Assembly: GCA_963792965.1 (NCBI GenBank)
Contig: CAWBYW010000005.1
Location: forward strand, 1-64,000
DNA length: 64,000 bases
Source: an uncultured delta proteobacterium
GTDB taxonomy: Bacteria; Desulfobacterota; Zymogenia; Zymogenales; Zymogenaceae
Reading direction: 5' to 3'
Shown here: positions 9,135 to 18,203 of the stretch, piece by piece
Layout: every line of letters begins with the position of its first letter
Numbering within the stretch: position 1 is the first letter of the stretch
Program-made: the position numbers and the translations under genes
Notes under the pieces: model-generated
What the model was told of the DNA's origin: nothing
Seen by the model: only the letters and a program-made list of their open reading frames with translations
Database searches by the model: none

Positions 9135-9377
9135 ATGATAAAGAAAAACAAAAGACAAGTGGAGTGGGGTATTTTTTTCTGGATGGGAATGGGCGTAATG
9201 AATCTAATATATGCTTTGCAACTTCCTTCAAAAGCGCATCCAATTTTATATCCTTGGATTATGTTTGGGATTTCTATGCTTTTCATGATTATCGCCGCCT
9301 TCATTTTCACGATCACCCCCGGCGGAAAACTCGTCCTTACTGGGATGAAGGGCGACCGACCCTTCGGAGGGAAGTAA
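9135..9377 (+). CDS. 80-aa two-TM membrane protein
   Basis: AAGGTGA SD; basic N-terminus and two hydrophobic helices; followed by a terminator hairpin. Confidence 0.6.
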   Translation: MIKKNKRQVEWGIFFWMGMGVMNLIYALQLPSKAHPILYPWIMFGISMLFMIIAAFIFTITPGGKLVLTGMKGDRPFGGK

Positions 9378-9397
9378 GCCAAACGCCGAGCGAATAA

Positions 9398-9423
9398 AAC
9401 GCCCCGTTAAACAACGGGGCGTT
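9398..9423. terminator. Intrinsic terminator-like hairpin between convergent genes
   Basis: AACGCCCCGTT-AAAC-AACGGGGCGTT perfect 11-bp stem. Confidence 0.7.
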
Positions 9424-9496
9424 ATCCTTTCCGAGCGGCAAGAGACGCAAGGACGCGGGCGTTTGCTGCCACCGCCGAAGAAACGGTGGCTGTACG

Positions 9497-10138
9497 TCAT
9501 GTACCCAGGAGCCTTCTTACCAGCTCGACCCCCGATTGCGCATCCTCGCCATAGCCGTCGGCCCCTATCTCGTCGGCAAACGTTTGCGACAGCGGCGCCC
9601 CGCCGATAATGAACTTGAACTGACCTCGCACGCCCGCCTCGGTGAAGACGTCGATGGTGTCCTTCATGCCCGGCATTGTCGTCGTCAGGAGTGCGGACAG
9701 CCCTATGATATCCGGCTTCTCTTCCTTTGCCTTGCTAAGAAATACCTCCGGTTTCACGTCCACACCGACGTCGATCACCTCAAACCCATTGCCCATCAAC
9801 AGGGCCGCGAGGATATTCTTGCCGATATCGTGGATATCCCCGAAGACGGTCCCGAGCATAATCCGGCCCCGTGACTTGTAGTCCCCCTCTTTGAGGAGCG
9901 GCTCGAGAATCTTAAACGAATTACTGTACGCTTTGACGCTCATCAACACGTCCGGCAGAAAATATTCTCCCTCCCGAAAAAGAATTCCCACCCGATCCAG
10001 CGCCGGAAGGAGCGCCTTGTTGATGATATCCACCGCGGAAATACCCGACGAGAGTCCCTTTTTCGTCAACTCCTCGGTATCCTCGAACTTCATGTCGATG
10101 ACGGATTGCCTGAGTTCTTCCACTATTTCTTGTGACAT
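9497..10138 (-). CDS. Methyltransferase corrinoid (B12-binding) protein, MttC/MtgC-like
   Basis: B12 cap domain plus GDIHDIGKN (DxHxxG), GLSALLTTTM, IIGGAP, IGADGY. Confidence 0.93.
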   Translation of the reverse strand: MSQEIVEELRQSVIDMKFEDTEELTKKGLSSGISAVDIINKALLPALDRVGILFREGEYFLPDVLMSVKAYSNSFKILEPLLKEGDYKSRGRIMLGTVFGDIHDIGKNILAALLMGNGFEVIDVGVDVKPEVFLSKAKEEKPDIIGLSALLTTTMPGMKDTIDVFTEAGVRGQFKFIIGGAPLSQTFADEIGADGYGEDAQSGVELVRRLLGT

Positions 10139-10297
10139 CAGATTCCCCTCTCTCCCTGTAAGTCTATAATCATGGGCGAAGGCACGCGGCCCACGTTCGC
10201 ATTGCTCGCTGTCGGTGACTCATCTCCGTACGGCTGATCGTGGGCGGACCTAAGTTTCCCGACACTGACACACCCTCCCACACCCGTGCCTGACCGA

Positions 10298-11761
10298 TTA
10301 TCCCTCCCACTCGGCGGCGTAGTATTCGTCGAGGCTCCGCTTTTTGACCATCTCGATAAAATCATCCATCCCCTGTGCAGTCGCCGGGTCGAGGTCTTTC
10401 TCTTTATGCCTTCCAAGTATCGCCAACGCCTTGTCTCGCGCTTTTGAGACCATGTCCTTCTTCCCCGCTTTTTCCCAGATGTCCCGCTTATCGCGGTCGG
10501 CCAGTCCCGGCACAAAGTGCTCCGTCCTGAAATATTTCTGGGTGTGCTCCTGCATCAGGTAGTCCCCGGCCGGGCCCACCCTCTTGATGACTTCCAGAGC
10601 CTTCGTCGTCTCGTTGACCTCGATACCCCGGATGGCCCGCTCGACCGATCCGATGATCTCATCGTCTATCACCGCCAGCTCGTGGGCACCGGCCGTGGTC
10701 GATTCGATGGTGCCCACGCAGGTGATGTAGTTCACCCCGCCCATCGCCGCCATGAGCATCGTCCGTGATCGCTCCACGCCGCACTGCATGTCCAACAGCT
10801 TTGATTCAGTCCCTCCGGCCACCCCCCGGCACGGGATATTATAGGAGTGGGCAATCTGGGCGATTGCGGCGCTAATGAGGCCGGTCTCGACGGAGCCCAG
10901 CGCCACCGTACCGCGGCGCATCTCAGCGATAGTGGAGACCGTCCCGTACATCACGGGAGTCCCCGCGCGGATCGCCTGCGCCATAACGATATGGGCCAAT
11001 ACCTCGGCGTTGTGCTGGATGAGGAGCCCCGCAAGGGTGATCGGGGCGGTCGTGCCGGCCATCGCCTCCGGCGAGAAGAGCGCCGGCTGACCGTACTCGG
11101 CAAGTATCATCAAACCCTCCAGCTGTATCTGCGCGGTCGAGAGTGGGCTCACCGTATTGACGATGGTCATATACGGGTGCTTATCCTTGATTTTATCCGC
11201 GCCTCCCATGGCGATAATAAGGAGCTCCATCATATCTTTCGTCGGCAAGACCCCGTAAGCCCCCATCCCGAACGACTTGCGGCAATTTCTCGCCCAGGCA
11301 CGGATTGCTTCCACCGGGATCGTCTGCATCGGGACATCTGAGGGCCAGATATCCATCTGGTTTGACTGGATAAAGTCCAGGCCGTCGAGAATGATAAGGT
11401 GTCGGATCAAGTCCTTCAGGGTGGCCGGGCCGTATGCCCCGGTCTCGAGGTTATACATGTTGACGGCGGTCCCCAGCCCACCATATACGCGGGTCTCGGG
11501 GCTGATCGTCCAGGTAAGGCTCTGGTCATGGCCACAGAGGACAAACTGGCGCGGCGCCTTCTTGACGTAGGTCTCGACGACCCGAGGAGGAAATTTTACA
11601 ATCTTCGTTTTCTCATCGGCCTTGCACCCAAGGTCGGAAAGAATTTGGCGCATCTTCTTTACCTCGACCTTGACGCCGGTTTCCTGGAGGACCTCACTGG
11701 TCGCCTCCCTGATCTCTTCGATCTCCTTAGCGCTGAGGACTTCAAGTTTCATGTTCTTCAT
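10298..11761 (-). CDS. Trimethylamine methyltransferase (MttB) superfamily, non-pyrrolysine
   Basis: LQETGV, NTVSPL, AGTTAPITLAG.L.QHNAEVLA, GTPVMYG, SKLLDMQCGVER, VGPAGDYL..EHT; start at ATG 11761 with GGAG RBS. Confidence 0.92.
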   Translation of the reverse strand: MKNMKLEVLSAKEIEEIREATSEVLQETGVKVEVKKMRQILSDLGCKADEKTKIVKFPPRVVETYVKKAPRQFVLCGHDQSLTWTISPETRVYGGLGTAVNMYNLETGAYGPATLKDLIRHLIILDGLDFIQSNQMDIWPSDVPMQTIPVEAIRAWARNCRKSFGMGAYGVLPTKDMMELLIIAMGGADKIKDKHPYMTIVNTVSPLSTAQIQLEGLMILAEYGQPALFSPEAMAGTTAPITLAGLLIQHNAEVLAHIVMAQAIRAGTPVMYGTVSTIAEMRRGTVALGSVETGLISAAIAQIAHSYNIPCRGVAGGTESKLLDMQCGVERSRTMLMAAMGGVNYITCVGTIESTTAGAHELAVIDDEIIGSVERAIRGIEVNETTKALEVIKRVGPAGDYLMQEHTQKYFRTEHFVPGLADRDKRDIWEKAGKKDMVSKARDKALAILGRHKEKDLDPATAQGMDDFIEMVKKRSLDEYYAAEWEG

Positions 11762-11790
11762 ACGGTGCTCCGTTATGATGGATAACGAGA

Positions 11791-13254
11791 TTATTGATCC
11801 GGCCGTCCCGTTCTTTTTTGTCCGAAGAGGCCGGCAATTACCTGCTTTAGTTTGAGGGAAAGCGTCAACAATATCCGGTATACGTCGCTCGGGGTTTTTA
11901 TGAGATGGATGATCCCCCGCCATCGTCGAGGGCTCCTGTAGAAGCCCTCGAGTATGGCGTTGTTTCCCTTCACCAGGACCTCTCTCTTCACCGTGTCGGG
12001 CCAGAAGACGAAATTCATCCCACTCATGTGCTTCCACTCTTCCACGAACTCCCCATATTTTCTGATGTCGGCGTATATCTCGCAGCCGGGATAGGGCGTA
12101 AACTTGGACAGGTTGATGAGGTCAAATGGAACTTCCCTTACAAAATCGCGTGTCCGCTGGATAGTCTCTCGCGTTTCTCCAGGCACTCCGATCATGAAGA
12201 GACCCTTGGCGATAATCCCTGCCGCACTGGTGAGTCTGACGGCCTCGGCCGCCTTCTCCAGCGAGAGGGTTTTATCAAGAAACGCCAGGAGGTCTTCGTT
12301 TGCGGTCTCAATGCCGTAGCTGATCATCCAGGCCCCGGCCCGCTTCATCAGCGCAAGCATCTCAGAGTCGACGAGGTCGGCCCGCGCGTCACACGAAAAG
12401 GTGATTTTGAACGGGAGCCCCAGCAAGCCTTCGCAGAGGTCGTTCAGGTGCTTTTTATTTACCGTGAAGTTGTCGTCATAGAAAATGAAATGGTCGATGC
12501 CGTATTCCTTCCTGAGGCGACCGATCATTTCGATGATGTAGGGGACGCTGTGAAAACGATAGCGCTCTCCGAACAGCCCGCGGTCGCAGAAGGTGCATCG
12601 GAAGGGACATCCGCGGGATGTCATCAGCGTAACCGCCCGGCCGTGGGGCGAATGGAAGATCGGCGGACGGTATGACAACGGGAACCCCGGAAACAATTCG
12701 TAGGCGGGCGGCGGAAGAGAGTCAAGATCGGCGATGAGCGGCGCACGATTGTTCGCATGAACCACGCCGTCTATCCGATAACACGCCCCCTCGATCGCGG
12801 CGGGATCTCCCCCTTCGAGGATCGCCCGAAACAGCGAGGGCGCCGAGGTTTCTCCCTCACCCACGATCCCCCAGTCGAATTGTCCGAACGCGCTCATGGT
12901 CCTCTCGGGAACAGCCGTGACATGAGGCCCCCCGACGACGGTTACCACGTGGGGGAGGCGCATTTTGATCTCTCCGGAAATGAGCGCAGCCGAATCCACC
13001 GACGACGTATAACTGGTCATTCCCACGATCTCCGGGGCTTGCGACACGGCCCACTCGACCACCTGCCCCGGGCTTTTCCCGAGGGCCTGGGCGTCGAGTA
13101 TGGAGACATCGAGACCCTCACGCTGGAGGACCGCCGCAAGCGACGCGATCCCGATTTGCGGCAGGGTGTTGAGAATAGGCAGCAGATGCTCCGTCTCCTC
13201 TCCCCAGACATGGGAGGGCGGGTTGATGAGGACAATCTTTTTGGGCTCCGGCAT
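11791..13254 (-). CDS. Cobalamin-dependent (class B-like) radical SAM protein
   Basis: LINPP...PQIGIASLAA B12-binding N-domain, VGGPHVT, TSRGCPFRCTFC, YDDNF, GIET, FMIGVPGET. Confidence 0.92.
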   Translation of the reverse strand: MPEPKKIVLINPPSHVWGEETEHLLPILNTLPQIGIASLAAVLQREGLDVSILDAQALGKSPGQVVEWAVSQAPEIVGMTSYTSSVDSAALISGEIKMRLPHVVTVVGGPHVTAVPERTMSAFGQFDWGIVGEGETSAPSLFRAILEGGDPAAIEGACYRIDGVVHANNRAPLIADLDSLPPPAYELFPGFPLSYRPPIFHSPHGRAVTLMTSRGCPFRCTFCDRGLFGERYRFHSVPYIIEMIGRLRKEYGIDHFIFYDDNFTVNKKHLNDLCEGLLGLPFKITFSCDARADLVDSEMLALMKRAGAWMISYGIETANEDLLAFLDKTLSLEKAAEAVRLTSAAGIIAKGLFMIGVPGETRETIQRTRDFVREVPFDLINLSKFTPYPGCEIYADIRKYGEFVEEWKHMSGMNFVFWPDTVKREVLVKGNNAILEGFYRSPRRWRGIIHLIKTPSDVYRILLTLSLKLKQVIAGLFGQKRTGRPDQ

Positions 13255-13259
13255 ACTCG

Positions 13260-14283
13260 CTATCCCTCGAAGAACTCCGCGAGCACCTTCTTCTTGAGGG
13301 CTCCCGCGAGGAGCTCGCCGAAGACGTGCGGAAGCTCGTCGATACCGATGATATCGGAAACGAGCCCGCGCGCCTCCTCACGGCTCCGCCGTATAAAGTC
13401 CAGCGCCGCCTCGTTGTCCGCCCATCGGGTCGAGAAGGTCGGAAAGATCGAGACCTCCCGCATGGTGAGGGATATGGGAAGTATCGTCAGCGACTCAAAG
13501 GTGATCCCCACGAGCGCGACCCTGCCCCCCGGGCGCACCGTGTCGAGGGCGTCTTTCATCGCGTCGACCCTCCCGGCACACTCAAGGGCAACGTCGGGGC
13601 CGGTCCCCGAGAAGGTCTCATTGAGGCGCTGGCGGTAATCACTATCCCTCGGGGAGACGACAACGTCGGCACCGAACTCCCGCGTAAACCTTTGCCTTGT
13701 CTCGTTGACCTCGACGACCCCGATGCGGCGGGCTCCGGACGCCCTGAGGACCAACAGCGTCGCCAATCCGATCGGGCCGGCGCCGAATATCACGCCGTCC
13801 TCGCCGGGCGCAAAAGAGACACGGGATATCCCGTGGCAGCCGACCGCGATCGTATCGACGAGCGCCGCGTCCCTGAGTGTGACGTCCCCCGGGACGTCCA
13901 TGAGCATCCGCTCCGGTACCCTGACATATTCAGAAAACCCGCCCTGAAGCGATCCCGTCCCGACGGCAAGCTTCGCGTCGCAAAGATGCGGGATCTCCCG
14001 CCGACACATGGCGCACATCCCGCAGCCATTCGGACGCACCACGACCCTGGCTCCTTTGCGAAAGCGCGTGACCGCGCCCCCGCTCTCTTCCACGACCCCC
14101 GCGATCTCGTGGCCCATGATATAGTTGTCCGGCAGCACACCCGAGGAAAAGAGGGTGAGGTCCGACCCGCATATCCCCACCGCCGCCACCCTGACGACGA
14201 CATCATAAGGGCCGGCGATCGGCCGCTCTACCATGCGCACCGCCAGGCTCCTTGTCTTCTTGTCGAAAACAAACCGCTTTCAT
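13260..14283 (-). CDS. Zinc-dependent alcohol dehydrogenase (MDR family); apparent frameshift just after the start
   Basis: GICGSD, GHE, CGMCAMC...C, GAGPIG; MKAV start at 14283 lies in another frame. Confidence 0.9.
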
Positions 14284-14370
14284 GGGATGACCGATATTCG
14301 CCCCGAAAAAGAGGCATTCAGTGTATCATAACGGGCCGATGATGAAAAGCCATTAAATGATCTCCGCAAT

Positions 14371-14398
14371 GCGAAAGGGGGGAAAGCTCCCCCCTCGC
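14371..14398. terminator. GC hairpin downstream of the M20 gene
   Basis: GCGAAAGGGGGG-AAAGCT-CCCCCCTCGC. Confidence 0.45.
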
Positions 14399-14450
14399 TA
14401 CTTACGGTTTCCTTTTTCGCTCCGGCTCACGCCCGATCTAATTTTTTCTC

Positions 14451-15710
14451 CTAAAACCCAACGTAATGTACCAGCTCTTTTGTCATCGAGACGAGGTCCT
14501 CAACATAGACGAACTCGTCGGCCGCGTGCGCCCGGATGTTGCTTGCCCGCACGAGACCAAACCCCGCCGCCTCGACGGGCGTGGGCTTGAGTGCCTCGGC
14601 CACGAACCCGAGGTCGGTCGAGCCGGAGATGCCACCGGCGAGAAAGAAGTCATATCCCTTTACCGCCTTCTTTGCCTCCTTCATCTTTTTAACCGCCGCG
14701 CTTTCCGGATCGACCTCCACCGGCGGGTAGGCGTGGACGACGTTGACGATAAGGTCCAACAGCTTTGACTTCTTCCTGCCGCGCTCAAGCGCGGCCTTGA
14801 TCTCGGCGACGACATCATCGAACCGCTCGTCAACGATGTAGCGGCGGTTGATCGTAAGCCGGCATTCGCCCGGCACTATGTTTTCCTTTGTCCCGCCGCG
14901 TATGATGTCGAGGTTGAACATCGGGGTCATCTTGTCGTAGGGGCACCCGGGAAGCGGAAAGGTCGGGATCCGAGAGAGCCGCTTTTCCGCCTCCTTCTTG
15001 AGGACGAGCAGCTCCTGCATCACCGGCACCAGCTCCTCGATGGCGTTGACGCCGAGATAGTTCATCCCCGAATGGGCGCTCTTGCCCACGGCCGTCACGT
15101 CGATGCGGATCGAGCCGGCGGCACCGATCGTAACGATCGGCTCCATGGCACCGAGCTCAAGCCAGATGAGGTGCGGCGAGAAGTAGCCCTCCTCGGCGAG
15201 GTAGCGCGCACCCGGATAGACGCCCAGCTCTTCGTCGGTGCAGAGGTTACAGCCGACGTCATAGTGCGGCTCTATCCCGAGGTCATGCAGGACCTTCATC
15301 GCGCCCAGGAAACAGGCGATGGAGCCCTTCATGTCCACGGTACCCCTCCCGTAGAGCTTGCCCTCTTCGATCTCGCCCCCGAAGGGGTCCTTGGTCCAGG
15401 GCTCATCCACCGGCACCACGTCCATGTGGGCATACGCGGTGGCCTTGGGCTTCCCGTTGTTCAGGGTGGCCACGAGGTTGGGCCGATCCCCCCTCAGCTC
15501 CCACGGCATCTGTTTTACCTTCTCTTCCGGCACGACTACCCGTTTGGTGGAAAACCCGAAGTTTTTGAACTGGGGCTCCACGATATCGATGAGTCTGCCG
15601 TAGTTCTCTCCAGGCGGGACACTCGTATCCACCGCGATGATCTTTCTCAGGATATCGACGATATAGTCCTCGTTCTTCTCAACGGCCCTGAACGCTTCGT
15701 CGTATTTCAC
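14451..15710 (-). CDS. M20 metallopeptidase, ArgE/DapE family
   Basis: AHMDVVP, YGRGTVDMKG, DEE, GKSAHSG, AHAADE. Confidence 0.92.
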   Translation of the reverse strand: MKYDEAFRAVEKNEDYIVDILRKIIAVDTSVPPGENYGRLIDIVEPQFKNFGFSTKRVVVPEEKVKQMPWELRGDRPNLVATLNNGKPKATAYAHMDVVPVDEPWTKDPFGGEIEEGKLYGRGTVDMKGSIACFLGAMKVLHDLGIEPHYDVGCNLCTDEELGVYPGARYLAEEGYFSPHLIWLELGAMEPIVTIGAAGSIRIDVTAVGKSAHSGMNYLGVNAIEELVPVMQELLVLKKEAEKRLSRIPTFPLPGCPYDKMTPMFNLDIIRGGTKENIVPGECRLTINRRYIVDERFDDVVAEIKAALERGRKKSKLLDLIVNVVHAYPPVEVDPESAAVKKMKEAKKAVKGYDFFLAGGISGSTDLGFVAEALKPTPVEAAGFGLVRASNIRAHAADEFVYVEDLVSMTKELVHYVGF

Positions 15711-15723
15711 GGCAACCTCCCTT

Positions 15724-16422
15724 TTACATCATCCCTTCGCCCTTGACCCAATGTTTCTTGTACATGATGCGTGCCGCGATGATCGACAGGATCACCGTCG
15801 GCGGAATGACGATTGACGGCGGCAGATCCGGCTTGATAAGGGCGACTATCAGGCCCAGGCCCAAGGGGACGATCCCCAGTTTCGGCACCCGGAAAAGGAA
15901 AACGCCGCCCAGCGCCCCGAAGAGGGCCGGCAGCACCTGATCCAATGCAACCTTTATCGCCGAGCCGCCGCCCGCGCTGATCTTATTGATGAACGGGAGG
16001 AACGCCAGGACCCCGACGATCATCACGAGCTGCCCCCCGATGATGGATCCGGCGATGCTGAGGGTGGAGACGATCTCGGCCTCCGGCGTACCCTCCTTGG
16101 TCCCCGCCACCTGCTGGGCCGCCGCGGAAACCGGCACCCGAAGGTTCAGAACGTTTCCCACCAGAAACGACATGTAGGTGCCGCCGAAACCGAGGATGGG
16201 ATAATAGACGATGGGCTCCACGACGCCCATGATGGCCATGAAAGACCAGACCGCCACGATAGCCGAGATCATCTTCCAGAAGGGCGGGATGAGACCGTGA
16301 AAGAAATAGAGGTACAGGCCCGGGATGAAAAGACAAATGATCGCGACGATCAGGGTGATCATCCCGACGCTTTTGACCGGGCCGATGAATCGATCCTGAA
16401 ATATCTGATTTTTATCCGCCAT
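15724..16422 (-). CDS. Integral membrane protein, usual partner of DUF5058 (putative transporter subunit)
   Basis: About 6 TM helices; EPIVYYPILGFGGTYMSFLVGNVLNLRVP; GTPEAEIVSTL. Confidence 0.7.
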   Translation of the reverse strand: MADKNQIFQDRFIGPVKSVGMITLIVAIICLFIPGLYLYFFHGLIPPFWKMISAIVAVWSFMAIMGVVEPIVYYPILGFGGTYMSFLVGNVLNLRVPVSAAAQQVAGTKEGTPEAEIVSTLSIAGSIIGGQLVMIVGVLAFLPFINKISAGGGSAIKVALDQVLPALFGALGGVFLFRVPKLGIVPLGLGLIVALIKPDLPPSIVIPPTVILSIIAARIMYKKHWVKGEGMM

Positions 16423-16423
16423 G

Positions 16424-17149
16424 TTACACTCCTATCCCGAACCAGAGGTATGCCAATCCCGCTGCCGCCATCCCACCGATAATGGCCAGCGCCAACGCCC
16501 ATTCCTTGAGCCAGTTCTGCTTGCCGACCGTAATGACCGCCCCGACCAGCAGCATCGACGCAAAGCCGCCGACGAGGGCTACCAGAGGTGCGTGTCCTTT
16601 CACAACGGGCTGGGCAACCATGTAGCCCACCGCGCCGAAAAAGGCCGCCGCGGTCATGACCTTGAGCCACCCCTCGTCGCCACCGGCGATCTTGTCTTTA
16701 AGCTTCATGATATGGGGGGTGAAGAAGGCCACCATGATCAGGTTGAAGATACACCCGATGGACATGGCCCAGACCGCGCAGGAAAAGGCGATCCCGTTCA
16801 TGTTTCCGGCAAGGCCGTCCTTTACCACGGCCCCGGCCCCGATGCCCGCCGCCATCAGCTCATAGGATACCGACCCGATGACCGAAAGCCGCATCCACGG
16901 GAACGGCAGGCCGAGCTTGGGGATCATCACGGCAAGGCCCAGCAGTATCGCGATGGAGGGGACGATGGCGGTGGTCACCCCCGTCCGAAAGGCGCTCAAA
17001 AGTTGTTTTGTGGTCATGCCGATGTCCTTGCCCGCCCGAAAGGCGATGGCCGATATCCGAATGGCCTGGAAAAAGACCACCAGGATAATGGCGGCAGAGG
17101 CGAGCCACATCCCCATGCCGTTTGCAATAGACAGGTAGTTGTCACCCAT
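16424..17149 (-). CDS. DUF5058 family membrane protein
   Basis: YLSIAN..MW, PSIAILLG..MIPKLGLPFPWMRLSVIGSVSYEL, WLKEWALALAIIGGM. Confidence 0.75.
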   Translation of the reverse strand: MGDNYLSIANGMGMWLASAAIILVVFFQAIRISAIAFRAGKDIGMTTKQLLSAFRTGVTTAIVPSIAILLGLAVMIPKLGLPFPWMRLSVIGSVSYELMAAGIGAGAVVKDGLAGNMNGIAFSCAVWAMSIGCIFNLIMVAFFTPHIMKLKDKIAGGDEGWLKVMTAAAFFGAVGYMVAQPVVKGHAPLVALVGGFASMLLVGAVITVGKQNWLKEWALALAIIGGMAAAGLAYLWFGIGV

Positions 17150-17300
17150 GATTCACCTCGTAAAACGATGAAAGGACACAACAAGTGCACACATAATACG
17201 GGACATCGTCGGCAAAATCAATGATAATTGGCGGCCACGCTTGCGTTTCAAGGCGAAAAACGGTATACTGATGGGCAATTATTATGTCAGGAGGCATTAC

Positions 17301-18041
17301 ATGACGAGAAACAAAACACGGCTTGCGGCCGTCGTTCCCTTTGTAATCGTGACAATGATCCTGGCCCTGGCCTTTTCGGCCTGCTCAAAGGGGCCCAAGG
17401 AAGGGGCCGGGGGACCGCTCGGATTTTGGTGCAAATACCAGGCGGACATCACCCAGTCGATCGTCAAGGGCGGGGTGACGAACACCGTTATGACCGGGAA
17501 CATCGCGACGAACTGTGAGCTCACCAGGATGGAAAACAAGATCGTCCAGCCGGGGGTGCCGGCCTACACAATGATCTTTATCAGGCGTCCCGACCTCGGG
17601 GTGAATTGGCAGCTCTTCCCCAAGAGCATGAAGTACATCGAGACCCCGATCAAGCCCGAAACCGGTCTCAAGGAGGCCCCACTGATGGCCCAACCCAAGG
17701 ACGTCAAGGTTGATAAGGAAAACCTCGGCGCGGAGACGGTGGATGGTCATCCCTGCATCAAGTGGAAGGTGACCCTCACCCATCCTGACGGCAAGCAGGA
17801 CACCTACTATGCCTGGTCGGCCACCGACCTCAAAGACCTCGTCATCAAACAGGAGTTCGAGACGACGCCCGGGCAGACGTATGTGATGCAGCTTACCAAC
17901 ATCACCATCGGCGATCCGGCCAAGGAGACCTTCGAGATCCCGGCGGGCTACACCAAGGCCCCAGAAAGCGAGATGAATGCCCTCATGATGAATGAGATGG
18001 GGATCTCGATTCCGGGAGGCATACCGATTCCGAAGCAATAA
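17301..18041 (+). CDS. Lipoprotein, DUF4412-like
   Basis: AGGAGG RBS; lipobox FSAC; LGAETVDGHPCIKW; FEIPAGY. Confidence 0.75.
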   Translation: MTRNKTRLAAVVPFVIVTMILALAFSACSKGPKEGAGGPLGFWCKYQADITQSIVKGGVTNTVMTGNIATNCELTRMENKIVQPGVPAYTMIFIRRPDLGVNWQLFPKSMKYIETPIKPETGLKEAPLMAQPKDVKVDKENLGAETVDGHPCIKWKVTLTHPDGKQDTYYAWSATDLKDLVIKQEFETTPGQTYVMQLTNITIGDPAKETFEIPAGYTKAPESEMNALMMNEMGISIPGGIPIPKQ

Positions 18042-18203
18042 GCGACGGCGCCGGCTCAGGGAGGATTTCGGGACATGGTCCCTCCTCCCTTTTCTTGTTC
18101 AGGTTTCCCCTTTTTCATTCCCTTCAGAGCCGATTTCTGAGATACTACTATTCATTCTTCCCCCCGTGCCATTTTCCGCCCCGCGCGGATCAGGAGAACG
18201 ACC

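Noticed and set aside
10140-10297. Cobalamin riboswitch upstream of the corrinoid gene
   Set aside because: Only an isolated GGGAA; the B12-box and GCCACTG elements are absent and the region is short.
10298-11761. Pyrrolysine recoding in MttB
   Set aside because: No in-frame TAG; the Pyl-equivalent position is Arg; no pyl genes in the window.
11762-12037. N-terminal extension of the MttB ORF in the ORF track
   Set aside because: Overlaps the radical SAM gene; the RBS and family homology start at 11761.
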